NCBI RefSeq assembly: GCF_003334355.1 | Contig: NZ_QOWP01000004.1 | Source: Escherichia coli | Lineage (GTDB): Bacteria; Pseudomonadota; Gammaproteobacteria; Enterobacterales; Enterobacteriaceae | Strand: one strand, 5' to 3' | DNA length: 64,000 nucleotides | Part shown: in pieces, positions 31,170 through 41,117 of the stretch | Position numbering within the stretch: position 1 is the first letter of the stretch | How the letters are laid out: each line of letters starts with the position of its first letter | Position numbers and translations under genes: made by a program | The notes under the pieces: model-generated | What the model was told of the DNA's origin: nothing | The model's database searches: none | What the model saw: only the letters and a program-made list of their open reading frames with translations

Positions 31170-31837
31170 AAACAGAACTGTACCTCGTTTAACCCGAAAT
31201 CTGTTATCACATACAACGTTAATTATGGCAAGCCATTTTTAAACATGTCTCGATCAGACGCACAAATCTCGATACGTCTTCCACTTTTTTTGCACACTTA
31301 TGCAACGGAATACGCGCCGATATATCATTGTGCTTAACCTTGCCAGTTCAGGCAGATACTTAAACTGGCGTAGTTTCTAACATAGTTCAATAAGTTCAGT
31401 TGTTCCAGGCCAGTGGGAGAAGTTATTACATAGTGCGTGCAATATCACATTTTTTGCTATGCAATGAATAAAAAGTTATATCACTTTTTCTCATAAAACA
31501 GTCAGTTAACGGCTATCAATTACCCTAAAGAGAAGTCAATCCCCAAAGGGATTGAAAATTTAAAATAAGAAAAATTGATGAATGAGCAAAAAATCAAGAG
31601 AGAAACGTTTCGCTAATAAATAATACCACGCTTAATCACAAATCCGATGTAAACATCCTAATAAATTAATGAGGAAAATATCTTTTTCTGATATCCCGTT
31701 ACGCAAATAAATAATATGATAATTATTTGAAGTCAGACCAGAGTTTTAATTTGAAGCAGTTGCACCATGGCAGTGCGTATAATCAGGATGAATTGAGTAA
31801 CCCTTCAACGACGGGGTTACTCAAGATTGAGGAAGGA

Positions 31838-32125
31838 TTATCGTTCGGCGACCAGACGAATAATATCTTCGTCTTCAACCGATTTTTGACTCTCAACGGT
31901 CTTTTTATCTGCTTTCTCAGGTTCGTTTGCTTCGCACAAACGACGTAACAGTGCATTTTGACGTTTTTGCTGATCCAGCAACGCCTCAAGCAGTTCAATC
32001 TGTTCGTTAGTCCGAGAACTGGCACGATTGATAAAAAACCACAAGATGAGCCCGATAAGAAGAACCACCACCGATACAACCAAAGACGCAATGTTCATCA
32101 CGCCTGAATTTACAACTTCGTTCAT
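31838..32125 (-). CDS. yebO: Small membrane protein YebO
   Basis: 95 aa; one N-terminal TM helix then a charged tail. Confidence 0.88.
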   Translation of the reverse strand: MNEVVNSGVMNIASLVVSVVVLLIGLILWFFINRASSRTNEQIELLEALLDQQKRQNALLRRLCEANEPEKADKKTVESQKSVEDEDIIRLVAER

Positions 32126-32199
32126 TTCACCACCTCTGAGTAGAGGTGCTATTCTACCACTGCTGGAGAGGAAGAAAATCTAGTGCTGAAAAAATGATA

Positions 32200-32343
32200 T
32201 CACCACGGGATAAACTGGTTAATGGCACAAATTCCGCTGAAAAATTGTACATCCTGATCGCACATCATGTTGAATACCTGCGCCCAAAGCAGCAAGCAAG
32301 CCAACACCACGACAACCAGAACGACCCATCGAAACTTTTTCAC
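32200..32343 (-). CDS. mgrB: PhoQ feedback inhibitor MgrB (47 aa)
   Basis: Minus-strand translation (M)[49 protein letters not shown] start at 32341-32343 with GGAG SD 6 nt upstream. Confidence 0.8.
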
Positions 32344-32501
32344 TCCAATCTCCGCTTCACCTACCTTATGTCATTAAACTAGCATGCGTTAGTTAAACAG
32401 CGCCTAACTATGTCGATATTCGTGCTTTTTCGGAATGAGTAGCTTGCTTCAGCGCATATTGCCGCTACGATTAAGCGAACATAAAAAGAGAAGAGGTTGT
32501 A

Positions 32502-32741
32502 ATGCGATTCATCATTCGCACAGTTATGCTGATAGCACTGGTATGGATAGGATTATTACTCAGCGGATATGGCGTTTTGATTGGAAGCAAAGAGAATGCC
32601 GCAGGATTAGGTTTGCAATGTACCTATCTGACTGCCAGAGGCACCAGCACGGTACAATACTTGCACACTAAAAGTGGTTTCTTGGGGATAACAGATTGCC
32701 CACTGTTACGTAAAAGCAATATCGTGGTCGATAATGGTTAA
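32502..32741 (+). CDS. yobH: Small membrane protein YobH
   Basis: 79-aa ORF MRFIIRTVMLIALVWIGLLLSGYG...; recognised as YobH. Confidence 0.85.
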   Translation: MRFIIRTVMLIALVWIGLLLSGYGVLIGSKENAAGLGLQCTYLTARGTSTVQYLHTKSGFLGITDCPLLRKSNIVVDNG

Positions 32742-32883
32742 GGGTAATAAATAACCAGATTCTCACTCATGAGTAAAATATTCTTATAGCAAGCGCGTTT
32801 AATATAACGCACCTTCAACTTTATTTTTCTCATGCTAAATAAAGAACCTGTCTGTTTGATATTCCGACAGGTTCTTACTCTCA

Positions 32884-33675
32884 TCAGAACGGATAGTCGT
32901 GATAACCCATTTGGGCAGAAATTTTGCGCGCTGCGGTATGCAACATTGCGACATATTCCTGTAAACGCTCTTCAGAGAAACGCAACGTCGGGAAGGAGAT
33001 GCTCAAACCGGCAATGACCACGCCAAAGCGATCAAATACCGGTACCGCAATGCATCGCAGCCCTTCTTCCTGCTCTTCGTTATCTTCGCCATACCCCTGC
33101 TCGCGCACCTGGTCCAGAACGGGTAATAACGCTTCTGTACTGGTGATGGTCCGCTCGGTACTGCGTTTATACTCCACGCCCTCAAGAATTTGCTTCACTT
33201 CATCGCGATCGCGCCATGCCAGCAGTACCTTACCAATCGCGGTGCTGTACAGCGGATTACGACGCCCAATCCGTGAATACATGCGCAAATTGTACATAGA
33301 GTCAATTTTGTGAATGTAAACAATACTGTCTTCGTCCAGTGCGCCGAGGTGGATAGTTTCTTTGGTCAGGCGGGAGATCTCACGCATCTGGATATCTGCG
33401 CTACGAATTAAATCGACGTTTTGTAACGCGCGAGCGCCCAGTTCAAACAATTTCAGGGTCAGGGAATATTTCTCCGACTCCCCTTCCTGCGCCACATAAC
33501 CTAAGGTTTTCATGGTCTGTAAAAAGCGATAAACGGTGCTTTTTGACATCATGACGCGCTGCGACAGCTCGGTTATCCCTATTTCGCGCTCTTCACCCAG
33601 CGCCTGCAAAATGCCAAAAACTTTTAGCACGGAAGATACAGAATCAGGCTGTTTATCCAGATCTGCGTTAGCCAT
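32884..33675 (-). CDS. kdgR: IclR-family transcriptional regulator KdgR
   Basis: 263 aa; N-terminal HTH and IclR-type effector domain. Confidence 0.93.
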   Translation of the reverse strand: MANADLDKQPDSVSSVLKVFGILQALGEEREIGITELSQRVMMSKSTVYRFLQTMKTLGYVAQEGESEKYSLTLKLFELGARALQNVDLIRSADIQMREISRLTKETIHLGALDEDSIVYIHKIDSMYNLRMYSRIGRRNPLYSTAIGKVLLAWRDRDEVKQILEGVEYKRSTERTITSTEALLPVLDQVREQGYGEDNEEQEEGLRCIAVPVFDRFGVVIAGLSISFPTLRFSEERLQEYVAMLHTAARKISAQMGYHDYPF

Positions 33676-33851
33676 TTATCACCTCATTGCGAGTGTTTTA
33701 TAAAAATCAGAACTGTTTTTTATTATAATTTCGCACCAGGGTGGTCGCAATCCATCTTTTGCCGGTTAGTTACAATTCTGCGACATCCACCGTGAATATC
33801 AGTGCTAGAATCATACCCCTGTTGATTATTCACCAAAGATATAAAATTCCT

Positions 33852-35225
33852 ATGCCAAAAGTTCAGGCCGACGGCCTGCCATTGCCCCAGCGATACGGTG
33901 CGATATTAACCATTGTGATTGGTATTTCGATGGCTGTCCTTGACGGCGCAATCGCCAACGTCGCCCTGCCAACAATCGCCACAGACCTTCATGCCACGCC
34001 AGCCAGTTCCATCTGGGTAGTGAACGCCTATCAAATCGCCATTGTCATCTCCCTGCTCTCGTTTTCGTTTCTGGGCGATATGTTTGGCTATCGACGTATT
34101 TATAAATGCGGTCTGGTCGTTTTTCTGTTGTCTTCACTGTTCTGCGCCCTTTCTGATTCGCTGCAAATGCTCACCCTTGCGCGTGTCATACAAGGTTTCG
34201 GCGGTGCAGCGTTGATGAGCGTTAATACCGCACTTATCCGCCTGATCTATCCACAACGTTTTCTGGGGAGAGGGATGGGCATAAACTCGTTTATTGTTGC
34301 CGTCTCTTCTGCTGCCGGGCCGACAATTGCTGCAGCAATCCTCTCCATCGCATCCTGGAAATGGTTATTTTTAATCAACGTACCGTTAGGTATTATCGCC
34401 CTGCTTCTGGCGATGCGTTTTCTGCCACCCAATGGTTCTCGCGCCAGTAAACCCCGTTTCGACCTGCCCAGCGCCGTGATGAACGCGTTAACCTTCGGCC
34501 TGCTTATCACTGCGTTGAGTGGTTTCGCTCAGGGGCAATCGCTGACGTTAATTGCTGCGGAACTGGTGGTAATGGTTGTTGTTGGTATTTTCTTTATTCG
34601 CCGCCAGCTTTCTCTTCCCGTACCGCTGCTACCGGTGGATTTACTGCGTATCCCGCTGTTTTCACTTTCTATTTGCACATCTGTTTGCTCTTTCTGCGCA
34701 CAAATGCTGGCAATGGTTTCCCTGCCCTTTTACCTGCAAACCGTGCTCGGGCGTAGTGAAGTCGAAACAGGTTTACTTCTGACACCGTGGCCGTTAGCAA
34801 CGATGGTGATGGCTCCGTTGGCAGGCTATTTGATTGAACGCGTACATGCAGGATTGCTGGGTGCTCTAGGGTTGTTCATCATGGCTGCGGGGCTTTTTTC
34901 CCTGGTTCTGCTGCCCGCGTCACCTGCGGATATCAATATTATCTGGCCGATGATCTTATGTGGCGCTGGATTTGGCTTGTTCCAGTCACCCAATAACCAC
35001 ACCATTATTACCTCCGCTCCTCGCGAACGTAGCGGTGGAGCCAGTGGCATGTTAGGAACGGCTCGTCTACTGGGTCAGAGTAGCGGCGCGGCACTGGTGG
35101 CGCTGATGCTAAATCAGTTCGGTGATAATGGTACGCACGTTTCGCTGATGGCTGCGGCTATTCTGGCAGTGATTGCTGCCTGTGTCAGTGGTTTACGTAT
35201 CACTCAGCCACGATCCAGGGCATAA
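33852..35225 (+). CDS. yebQ: MFS transporter YebQ
   Basis: ATG 33852 gives 457 aa (MPKVQADGLPLPQRYG...); 14-TM type MFS. Confidence 0.9.
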   Translation: MPKVQADGLPLPQRYGAILTIVIGISMAVLDGAIANVALPTIATDLHATPASSIWVVNAYQIAIVISLLSFSFLGDMFGYRRIYKCGLVVFLLSSLFCALSDSLQMLTLARVIQGFGGAALMSVNTALIRLIYPQRFLGRGMGINSFIVAVSSAAGPTIAAAILSIASWKWLFLINVPLGIIALLLAMRFLPPNGSRASKPRFDLPSAVMNALTFGLLITALSGFAQGQSLTLIAAELVVMVVVGIFFIRRQLSLPVPLLPVDLLRIPLFSLSICTSVCSFCAQMLAMVSLPFYLQTVLGRSEVETGLLLTPWPLATMVMAPLAGYLIERVHAGLLGALGLFIMAAGLFSLVLLPASPADINIIWPMILCGAGFGLFQSPNNHTIITSAPRERSGGASGMLGTARLLGQSSGAALVALMLNQFGDNGTHVSLMAAAILAVIAACVSGLRITQPRSRA

Positions 35226-35255
35226 AAAAAGCGCGTCGATCAGGACGCGCTTTTT
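35224..35255. terminator. Bidirectional terminator between convergent yebQ and htpX
   Basis: A7 run, gcgcgtc-gatcag-gacgcgc hairpin, T5 run. Confidence 0.65.
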
Positions 35256-35270
35256 AGTATTTACTTCATA

Positions 35271-36152
35271 TTACTTCAGGTATTCACCCGTACGCAGAGC
35301 TTCAATTCGTTTATCCAGCGGCGGGTGAGTCATGAACAACTCACTGAGCGATTTCGACTTACCGTTAATGCAGAAAGCCATCATGCTGGTTGCTTCTTGC
35401 GGTTCATAGCTGGTTTTCAGGCGCTGCAGCGCGGCAATCATTTTCTCGCGACCAACCAGTTTTGCCGAACCGGCATCAGCATGGAATTCACGATGACGCG
35501 AGAACCACATGGTGATAATGCTCGCCAGAATACCAAACACCAGTTCCAGAACCGTTGCAACCGCAAAGTAGATCAGCGGGTTGCCGTTGCTCTCTTCACC
35601 TTCATCACGATTTCCGCCCATAAAACCCGCGGCAAGCTGCGCCAGAATACGGGAAATAAAGATAACGAAGGTGTTCACCACGCCCTGAATCAGCGTCATG
35701 GTAACCATATCACCATTGGCGATGTGGCTGATTTCGTGAGCAATTACCGCCTCGGCTTCATCCGGGCTCATGTTCTGCAGCAAACCGGTGCTGACAGCAA
35801 CCAGAGAGGCATCACGGCGCGCACCGGTTGCAAAAGCGTTGATGTCCGGCGCATGGTAGATAGCCACTTGCGGCATAGCGATCCCTGCCTGACGAGCCTG
35901 GGTTGCTACAGTATTGACCAGCCAACGTTCCCTTTCGTTACGCGGTTGCTCGATCACTTCCCCGCCAACAGATCGTAATGCCATCCATTTGGACATCAGA
36001 AGCGAAACGAAGGAACCACCAAAACCGAACAGCAAGGCCATGATCATCAGCCCCTGAACGCTGCTCGACTGTATCCCTGTCAGGCTCAGTACCAGCCCGA
36101 AAACGACCATTACGGCCAGGTTCGTTAGCAGGAAGAGCGCGATTCGCATCAT
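35271..36152 (-). CDS. htpX: Membrane zinc metalloprotease HtpX
   Basis: 293 aa with HEISH zinc-binding motif. Confidence 0.95.
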
Positions 36153-36306
36153 AATTTTCTTTTTACCTCAGTTTAACAAAACGCAATATGCGATACCCAC
36201 ATCGTATGGGTTACGCGACTATTTTCAAGTCTGGATAGTGCGTAAGTCACCAGAAAGACACAACTTTACATTTTGTAGCATCTGATTTACGGCATCTTGC
36301 CGCTGT

Positions 36307-36339
36307 TAAAAAATCAGGCACAATTTCTTGTGCCTGATT
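36307..36339 (-). terminator. Rho-independent terminator after prc
   Basis: Minus strand: aatcaggcac-aagaaatt-gtgcctgatt hairpin followed by a T6 run. Confidence 0.6.
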
Positions 36340-36343
36340 GATA

Positions 36344-38392
36344 TTACTTGACGGGAGCGGGTTGTTCCGCGGGTCTGGCTTTTTCAAGCTTCGCCAGATC
36401 GAGTGCGATATTCACCGTCTCATCCAGATAAGGATCCGGCTCCTGGTAATCTTTCGGTAGATCATCCAGCTTCTTCAACTCCGGTTTACCTTCGCGTTTA
36501 AAGCGTTCGTTCAAACGCGCCAGACGCGTCGCATCATCTTCATTATTCTCTTTCTCACGCACAGCGTAGTTCAGAGAAACGATATTGCGCTTGTCCTTCA
36601 TAGCGTTGAAGCGCGCGATATCCTTCATGATGTTCTGGAACTCAGGATCTTTCGCGATACGCGCATTATGTTCCTTCAGCAGCTCCGGCCCAAAGGCCGT
36701 TAAATCGCCTGATTTCACATAAGTCGCGGCATCAATGCTATCCCACGGCAGCGCGTTATCTTCGAATTTCTCACCCGTTTCCGTTTCTTCATTACCCGTC
36801 GGCATGATGATGTCTGGCGTTACGCCTTTACGTTGCGTACTGCCGCCGTTAACGCGATAGAATTTCTGGATCGTGTACTGCACAGAACCCAGCGCTGGCC
36901 ATTCAGGACGTAACATCTGATCGTAAATACGGTTCAATGAACGGTATTGCTGAACGGTGCCTTTACCAAACGTCGGTTCACCCACAACCAGCGCACGACC
37001 GTAATCCTGCATTGCCGCGGCAAAGATTTCTGAAGCCGAAGCACTGAAACGGTCAACCAGTACCACCAGCGGGCCTTTATAGAACACCTGCCCGTCGGTA
37101 TCGCTGTCTTCACGAACCTTGCCGTTGTTATCGCGGACCTGAACAATGGGACCCGCAGGAATAAACAGACCTGAGAGCGATACCGCTTCGGTCAACGCCC
37201 CACCGCCATTGCTACGCAGGTCGATGATCACACTGCTGACATTCTGTTTTTCCAGTTTCTGCAGTTGAACTTTGACATCGTCTGTCAAACCCACATAGAA
37301 GCCCGGAATATCCAGCACGCCGACTTTCTCTTTACCGACGGTCTTCACCGACATTTTAACCGCGCGGTCTTCGAGACGAATACGTTCACGGGTCAATGTT
37401 ACAGTGCGGGTCTTGGTCCCTTTACCAGCAGGTAAAATTTCCAGACGAACTTTACTGCCCTTCGGCCCTTTAATTAAGGCAACCACATCATCAAGACGCC
37501 AGCCAATCACGTCAACCATCGGCTTGCCTGTTTGACCAACACCGACAATTTTGTCACCAACGCTGATAGCTTTACTCTTCGCTGCCGGACCACCTGCCAC
37601 CATCGAATTGATAACGGTGTAGTCATCATCCATTTGCAGCACTGCGCCAATACCTTCCAGCGACAAACTCATTTCAGTGTTGAACTGTTCGGTATTACGC
37701 GGGGAAAGATAGTTGGTATGCGGGTCGATTTCACGCGCAAACGCCGTCATTGCCAGCGAGAAAACATCTTCGCTGTTGGTTTGCGCCAGACGACGAATGG
37801 CAAATTTGTAGCGGCGTGTCAGGGTTTCACGAATTTCTTTATCCGTTTTTCCTGCCAGCTTCAGGCTTAACTCGTCGAATTTGACTTTACTGTCCCACAG
37901 CGCGTTCAACTCAGCCTCGTTTTTCGGCCAGGGCGCTTTGCTGCGGTCAAGGTTATAAGTGTCGTTGCCGGTGAAATCCATCGGCTTTTCCAGTACCGAC
38001 AAAGCGTACTGGTAACGTTCAAAACGGCGCTTTTGCGCCAGATTGTAGAGATCGTAGAAAACGTCGAGTTTGCCTGAACGCAATTCATCGCCTAACTCGG
38101 TTTTCTTTTTCGCGAACTGTTCAACATCGCTTGCCAGCAGCACATTGTGGCTGTAATCGAGCAGATTCAGGTAGCGGTCAAAGATTTTGGCCGAAAATGC
38201 CTGATCGAGGTCGAACTGGCGATAATGAGAACGGGTGAAGCGCGACGTTACGCGCTCACTTACCGTCGCATGCTGCGTCTCTTCCTTTAATACCGGAATT
38301 TGATCAGCACGCGTGATATCTTCTACAGCGAAGGTCTGGCCTGCTATTGCAAGCAGGCCAGCTAACGCGGTAAGCCTAAAAAACATGTTCAT
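36344..38392 (-). CDS. prc: Tail-specific periplasmic protease Prc (Tsp)
   Basis: ATG 38390-38392 gives 682 aa (MNMFFRLTALAGLLAIAG...); PDZ plus S41 peptidase. Confidence 0.93.
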   Translation of the reverse strand: MNMFFRLTALAGLLAIAGQTFAVEDITRADQIPVLKEETQHATVSERVTSRFTRSHYRQFDLDQAFSAKIFDRYLNLLDYSHNVLLASDVEQFAKKKTELGDELRSGKLDVFYDLYNLAQKRRFERYQYALSVLEKPMDFTGNDTYNLDRSKAPWPKNEAELNALWDSKVKFDELSLKLAGKTDKEIRETLTRRYKFAIRRLAQTNSEDVFSLAMTAFAREIDPHTNYLSPRNTEQFNTEMSLSLEGIGAVLQMDDDYTVINSMVAGGPAAKSKAISVGDKIVGVGQTGKPMVDVIGWRLDDVVALIKGPKGSKVRLEILPAGKGTKTRTVTLTRERIRLEDRAVKMSVKTVGKEKVGVLDIPGFYVGLTDDVKVQLQKLEKQNVSSVIIDLRSNGGGALTEAVSLSGLFIPAGPIVQVRDNNGKVREDSDTDGQVFYKGPLVVLVDRFSASASEIFAAAMQDYGRALVVGEPTFGKGTVQQYRSLNRIYDQMLRPEWPALGSVQYTIQKFYRVNGGSTQRKGVTPDIIMPTGNEETETGEKFEDNALPWDSIDAATYVKSGDLTAFGPELLKEHNARIAKDPEFQNIMKDIARFNAMKDKRNIVSLNYAVREKENNEDDATRLARLNERFKREGKPELKKLDDLPKDYQEPDPYLDETVNIALDLAKLEKARPAEQPAPVK

Positions 38393-38411
38393 GCCTGGCC
38401 CGGCCTCCGTT

Positions 38412-39110
38412 TCAGAACACCAGGTGTTCTGCGCGCACAATCAAAGACATACCCGAATTCAGCTGGACGCGGACGCCGTCTTTGGTGATTTCTAATACGG
38501 TGGCATCCATCGCGTTTTGACCCGCTTTCACCTTAAGGGCTTGTCCAACAGTCAGAGCTGAAATGTCAGAAACCGGGGTGTGCTGTTCTTCGCGAGGTGC
38601 TTTTACTGTTTTTGGCGCTTTCTCTACCGGCTTTTGCGCACGAGGTTTACGTTCAGCGCCTTCTTTGCGGCGTGGCGTGGTCGGACGTGGCTTGCGTTCG
38701 CGGCGCGGTGCGTCTTCTTTCTCACCAGCAGCTGCGGCAGCTTCGCGTTTTTTCGCTTGCTGTTCAGCACGCTGTGCCTGAACACGCGCTTTCGCTTCTT
38801 CAAGCTGCTTGCGAGCATGCTCTACATGTTGCTCGTCCAGCTCACCGCATGGGTTGCCGTCAAGATCGACACGCGTTGCGCCGGGTTTAACACCGTAAAG
38901 ATAACGCCAGCTCGAAGTGTAGAGACGTAAAGCGGATCGTAATTGCGTTTTGCTCAGGTTCATTTCCCCGGCAACACGATCGACCAAATCCTGAAAAATA
39001 CCGATTTTCAGCGGACGCGCTTCACCTTCCGCACTGAAACAGTGGGGAAAACGTTCGGCCAGAAACGCGATTACTTCTTTACTGCTATTCAACTTAGGTT
39101 GATTTTCCAT
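38412..39110 (-). CDS. proQ: RNA chaperone ProQ
   Basis: 232 aa; FinO-like N-domain, basic linker, C-terminal domain; 19 nt upstream of prc. Confidence 0.95.
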
Positions 39111-39206
39111 GAAATTTCCTGATTACAACGGACGTAGCCAACAAGCGCAGGCATGAACAGGCGTCATTATAATGACGCTACCAGTAAATGCTACGTTATC
39201 CGTTGA

Positions 39207-39704
39207 TTATCCTGCGACGCTCGCAAAGAATTTTTTGTAATCCGTCGTTGCAAGCACTTTTTCAAGCTGTGCCACAAGCTGACGTAAGCCTTGCTCGTCC
39301 TCGTCTGTAAAGCGACCGAAGACGGTACTATCGATGTCAAGAACACCAATAATCTGATTTTTCACCACCAGCGGCAGAACAATTTCAGAATTACTCGCCG
39401 CATCACAGGCAATATGCCCGTCAAACGCGTGAACATCCTCGATACGCTGCACTTGATTGCGGGCAACCGCAGTGCCGCACACCCCGCGCCCGACGGGTAT
39501 CCGGACACAGGCAATTTTGCCCTGAAATGGTCCGAGTACCAGTGTATCGTCCTCAAGCAAATAAAAACCTGCCCAGTTTACGTCAGTGAGACGCTCGTAT
39601 AACAACGCACTGGTGTTCGCAAGCGTTGCCAGAAAACTGGTTTCTCCCGCCATCAGCGCGTTAAAGTCGCGATTTAAATCCGCGTAAAATTCTGTTTTGT
39701 TCAT
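39207..39704 (-). CDS. msrC: Free methionine-(R)-sulfoxide reductase MsrC (GAF domain)
   Basis: ATG 39702-39704 gives 165 aa (MNKTEFYADLNRDF...). Confidence 0.9.
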   Translation of the reverse strand: MNKTEFYADLNRDFNALMAGETSFLATLANTSALLYERLTDVNWAGFYLLEDDTLVLGPFQGKIACVRIPVGRGVCGTAVARNQVQRIEDVHAFDGHIACDAASNSEIVLPLVVKNQIIGVLDIDSTVFGRFTDEDEQGLRQLVAQLEKVLATTDYKKFFASVAG

Positions 39705-39833
39705 TATATAATCACTTGTTTGTCTTACCTGGAACTGCCAGCCTATTAAAATAAGCATTAAATGCGTTAATGCTCAAGATCATTCCCATCATGGGTTAAG
39801 ATTAATGTTAATTCTTATTACATTTGGCACGTC

Positions 39834-41117
39834 ATGGCTCTTAACACACCACAAATTACGCCGACAAAAAAGATAACAGTGAGGGCAATCGGCGAGGAAC
39901 TGCCGCGTGGTGATTACCAACGTTGCCCGCAATGTGACATGCTGTTTAGCCTGCCCGAGATAAATTCTCATCAGAGTGCCTATTGTCCGCGCTGTCAGGC
40001 AAAAATTCGCGACGGGCGCGACTGGTCGCTAACGCGCCTGGCGGCAATGGCTTTCACCATGCTGTTGCTGATGCCGTTTGCCTGGGGCGAACCGCTGTTG
40101 CATATCTGGCTGTTAGGTATTCGTATCGACGCCAACGTCATGCAAGGCATCTGGCAAATGACCAAACAGGGCGATACGATAACGGGGGCGATGGTCTTTT
40201 TCTGCGTTATTGGTGCCCCCCTCATTCTGGTGTCCTCCATAGCATATTTATGGTTTGGTAACCGACTGGGAATGAATTTACGTCCGGTACTGCTGATGCT
40301 TGAGCGACTTAAAGAGTGGGTAATGCTGGATATCTACCTGGTCGGCATTGGCGTTGCTTCTATAAAGGTACAGGATTATGCCCATATCCAGGCGGGTGTC
40401 GGCTTGTTCTCTTTTGTGGCGTTGGTGATTTTAACGACGGTGACGTTGTCACATCTTAATGTCGAGGAGCTGTGGGAGCGATTTTATCCGCAGCGCCCCG
40501 CTACGCGTAGGGACGAGAAACTTCGTGTCTGTCTTGGGTGCCATTTTACCGGCTATCCTGATCAGCGTGGTCGCTGCCCGCGTTGCCATATCCCGCTACG
40601 CCTGCGTCGCCGTCATAGTTTGCAAAAATGCTGGGCGGCGCTGTTAGCGTCAATCGTTTTGTTGTTACCTGCCAACCTGTTGCCTATTTCTATCATTTAT
40701 CTGAACGGAGGACGGCAGGAAGATACAATTCTTTCCGGAATTATGTCGCTGGCAAGTAGCAACATTGCGGTTGCGGGAATCGTGTTTATCGCCAGTATTC
40801 TGGTACCGTTTACTAAAGTGATCGTCATGTTCACTTTACTGTTGAGCATTCATTTTAAATGCCAGCAAGGTTTACGCACACGCATTCTGTTACTGCGGAT
40901 GGTGACCTGGATTGGTCGCTGGTCGATGCTCGACCTGTTTGTCATATCTTTAACCATGTCGCTGATTAATCGCGATCAGATCCTCGCTTTTACTATGGGA
41001 CCGGCTGCGTTTTATTTTGGCGCAGCCGTAATTTTGACTATTCTTGCTGTGGAATGGCTGGACAGCCGCTTACTTTGGGATGCACATGAGTCAGGAAACG
41101 CCCGCTTCGACAACTGA
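39834..41117 (+). CDS. letA: Lipophilic envelope-spanning tunnel protein LetA (PqiA-like membrane protein, YebS)
   Basis: 427 aa; two paired Cys-x2-Cys zinc-ribbon-like motifs and polytopic segments. Confidence 0.92.
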   Translation: MALNTPQITPTKKITVRAIGEELPRGDYQRCPQCDMLFSLPEINSHQSAYCPRCQAKIRDGRDWSLTRLAAMAFTMLLLMPFAWGEPLLHIWLLGIRIDANVMQGIWQMTKQGDTITGAMVFFCVIGAPLILVSSIAYLWFGNRLGMNLRPVLLMLERLKEWVMLDIYLVGIGVASIKVQDYAHIQAGVGLFSFVALVILTTVTLSHLNVEELWERFYPQRPATRRDEKLRVCLGCHFTGYPDQRGRCPRCHIPLRLRRRHSLQKCWAALLASIVLLLPANLLPISIIYLNGGRQEDTILSGIMSLASSNIAVAGIVFIASILVPFTKVIVMFTLLLSIHFKCQQGLRTRILLLRMVTWIGRWSMLDLFVISLTMSLINRDQILAFTMGPAAFYFGAAVILTILAVEWLDSRLLWDAHESGNARFDN

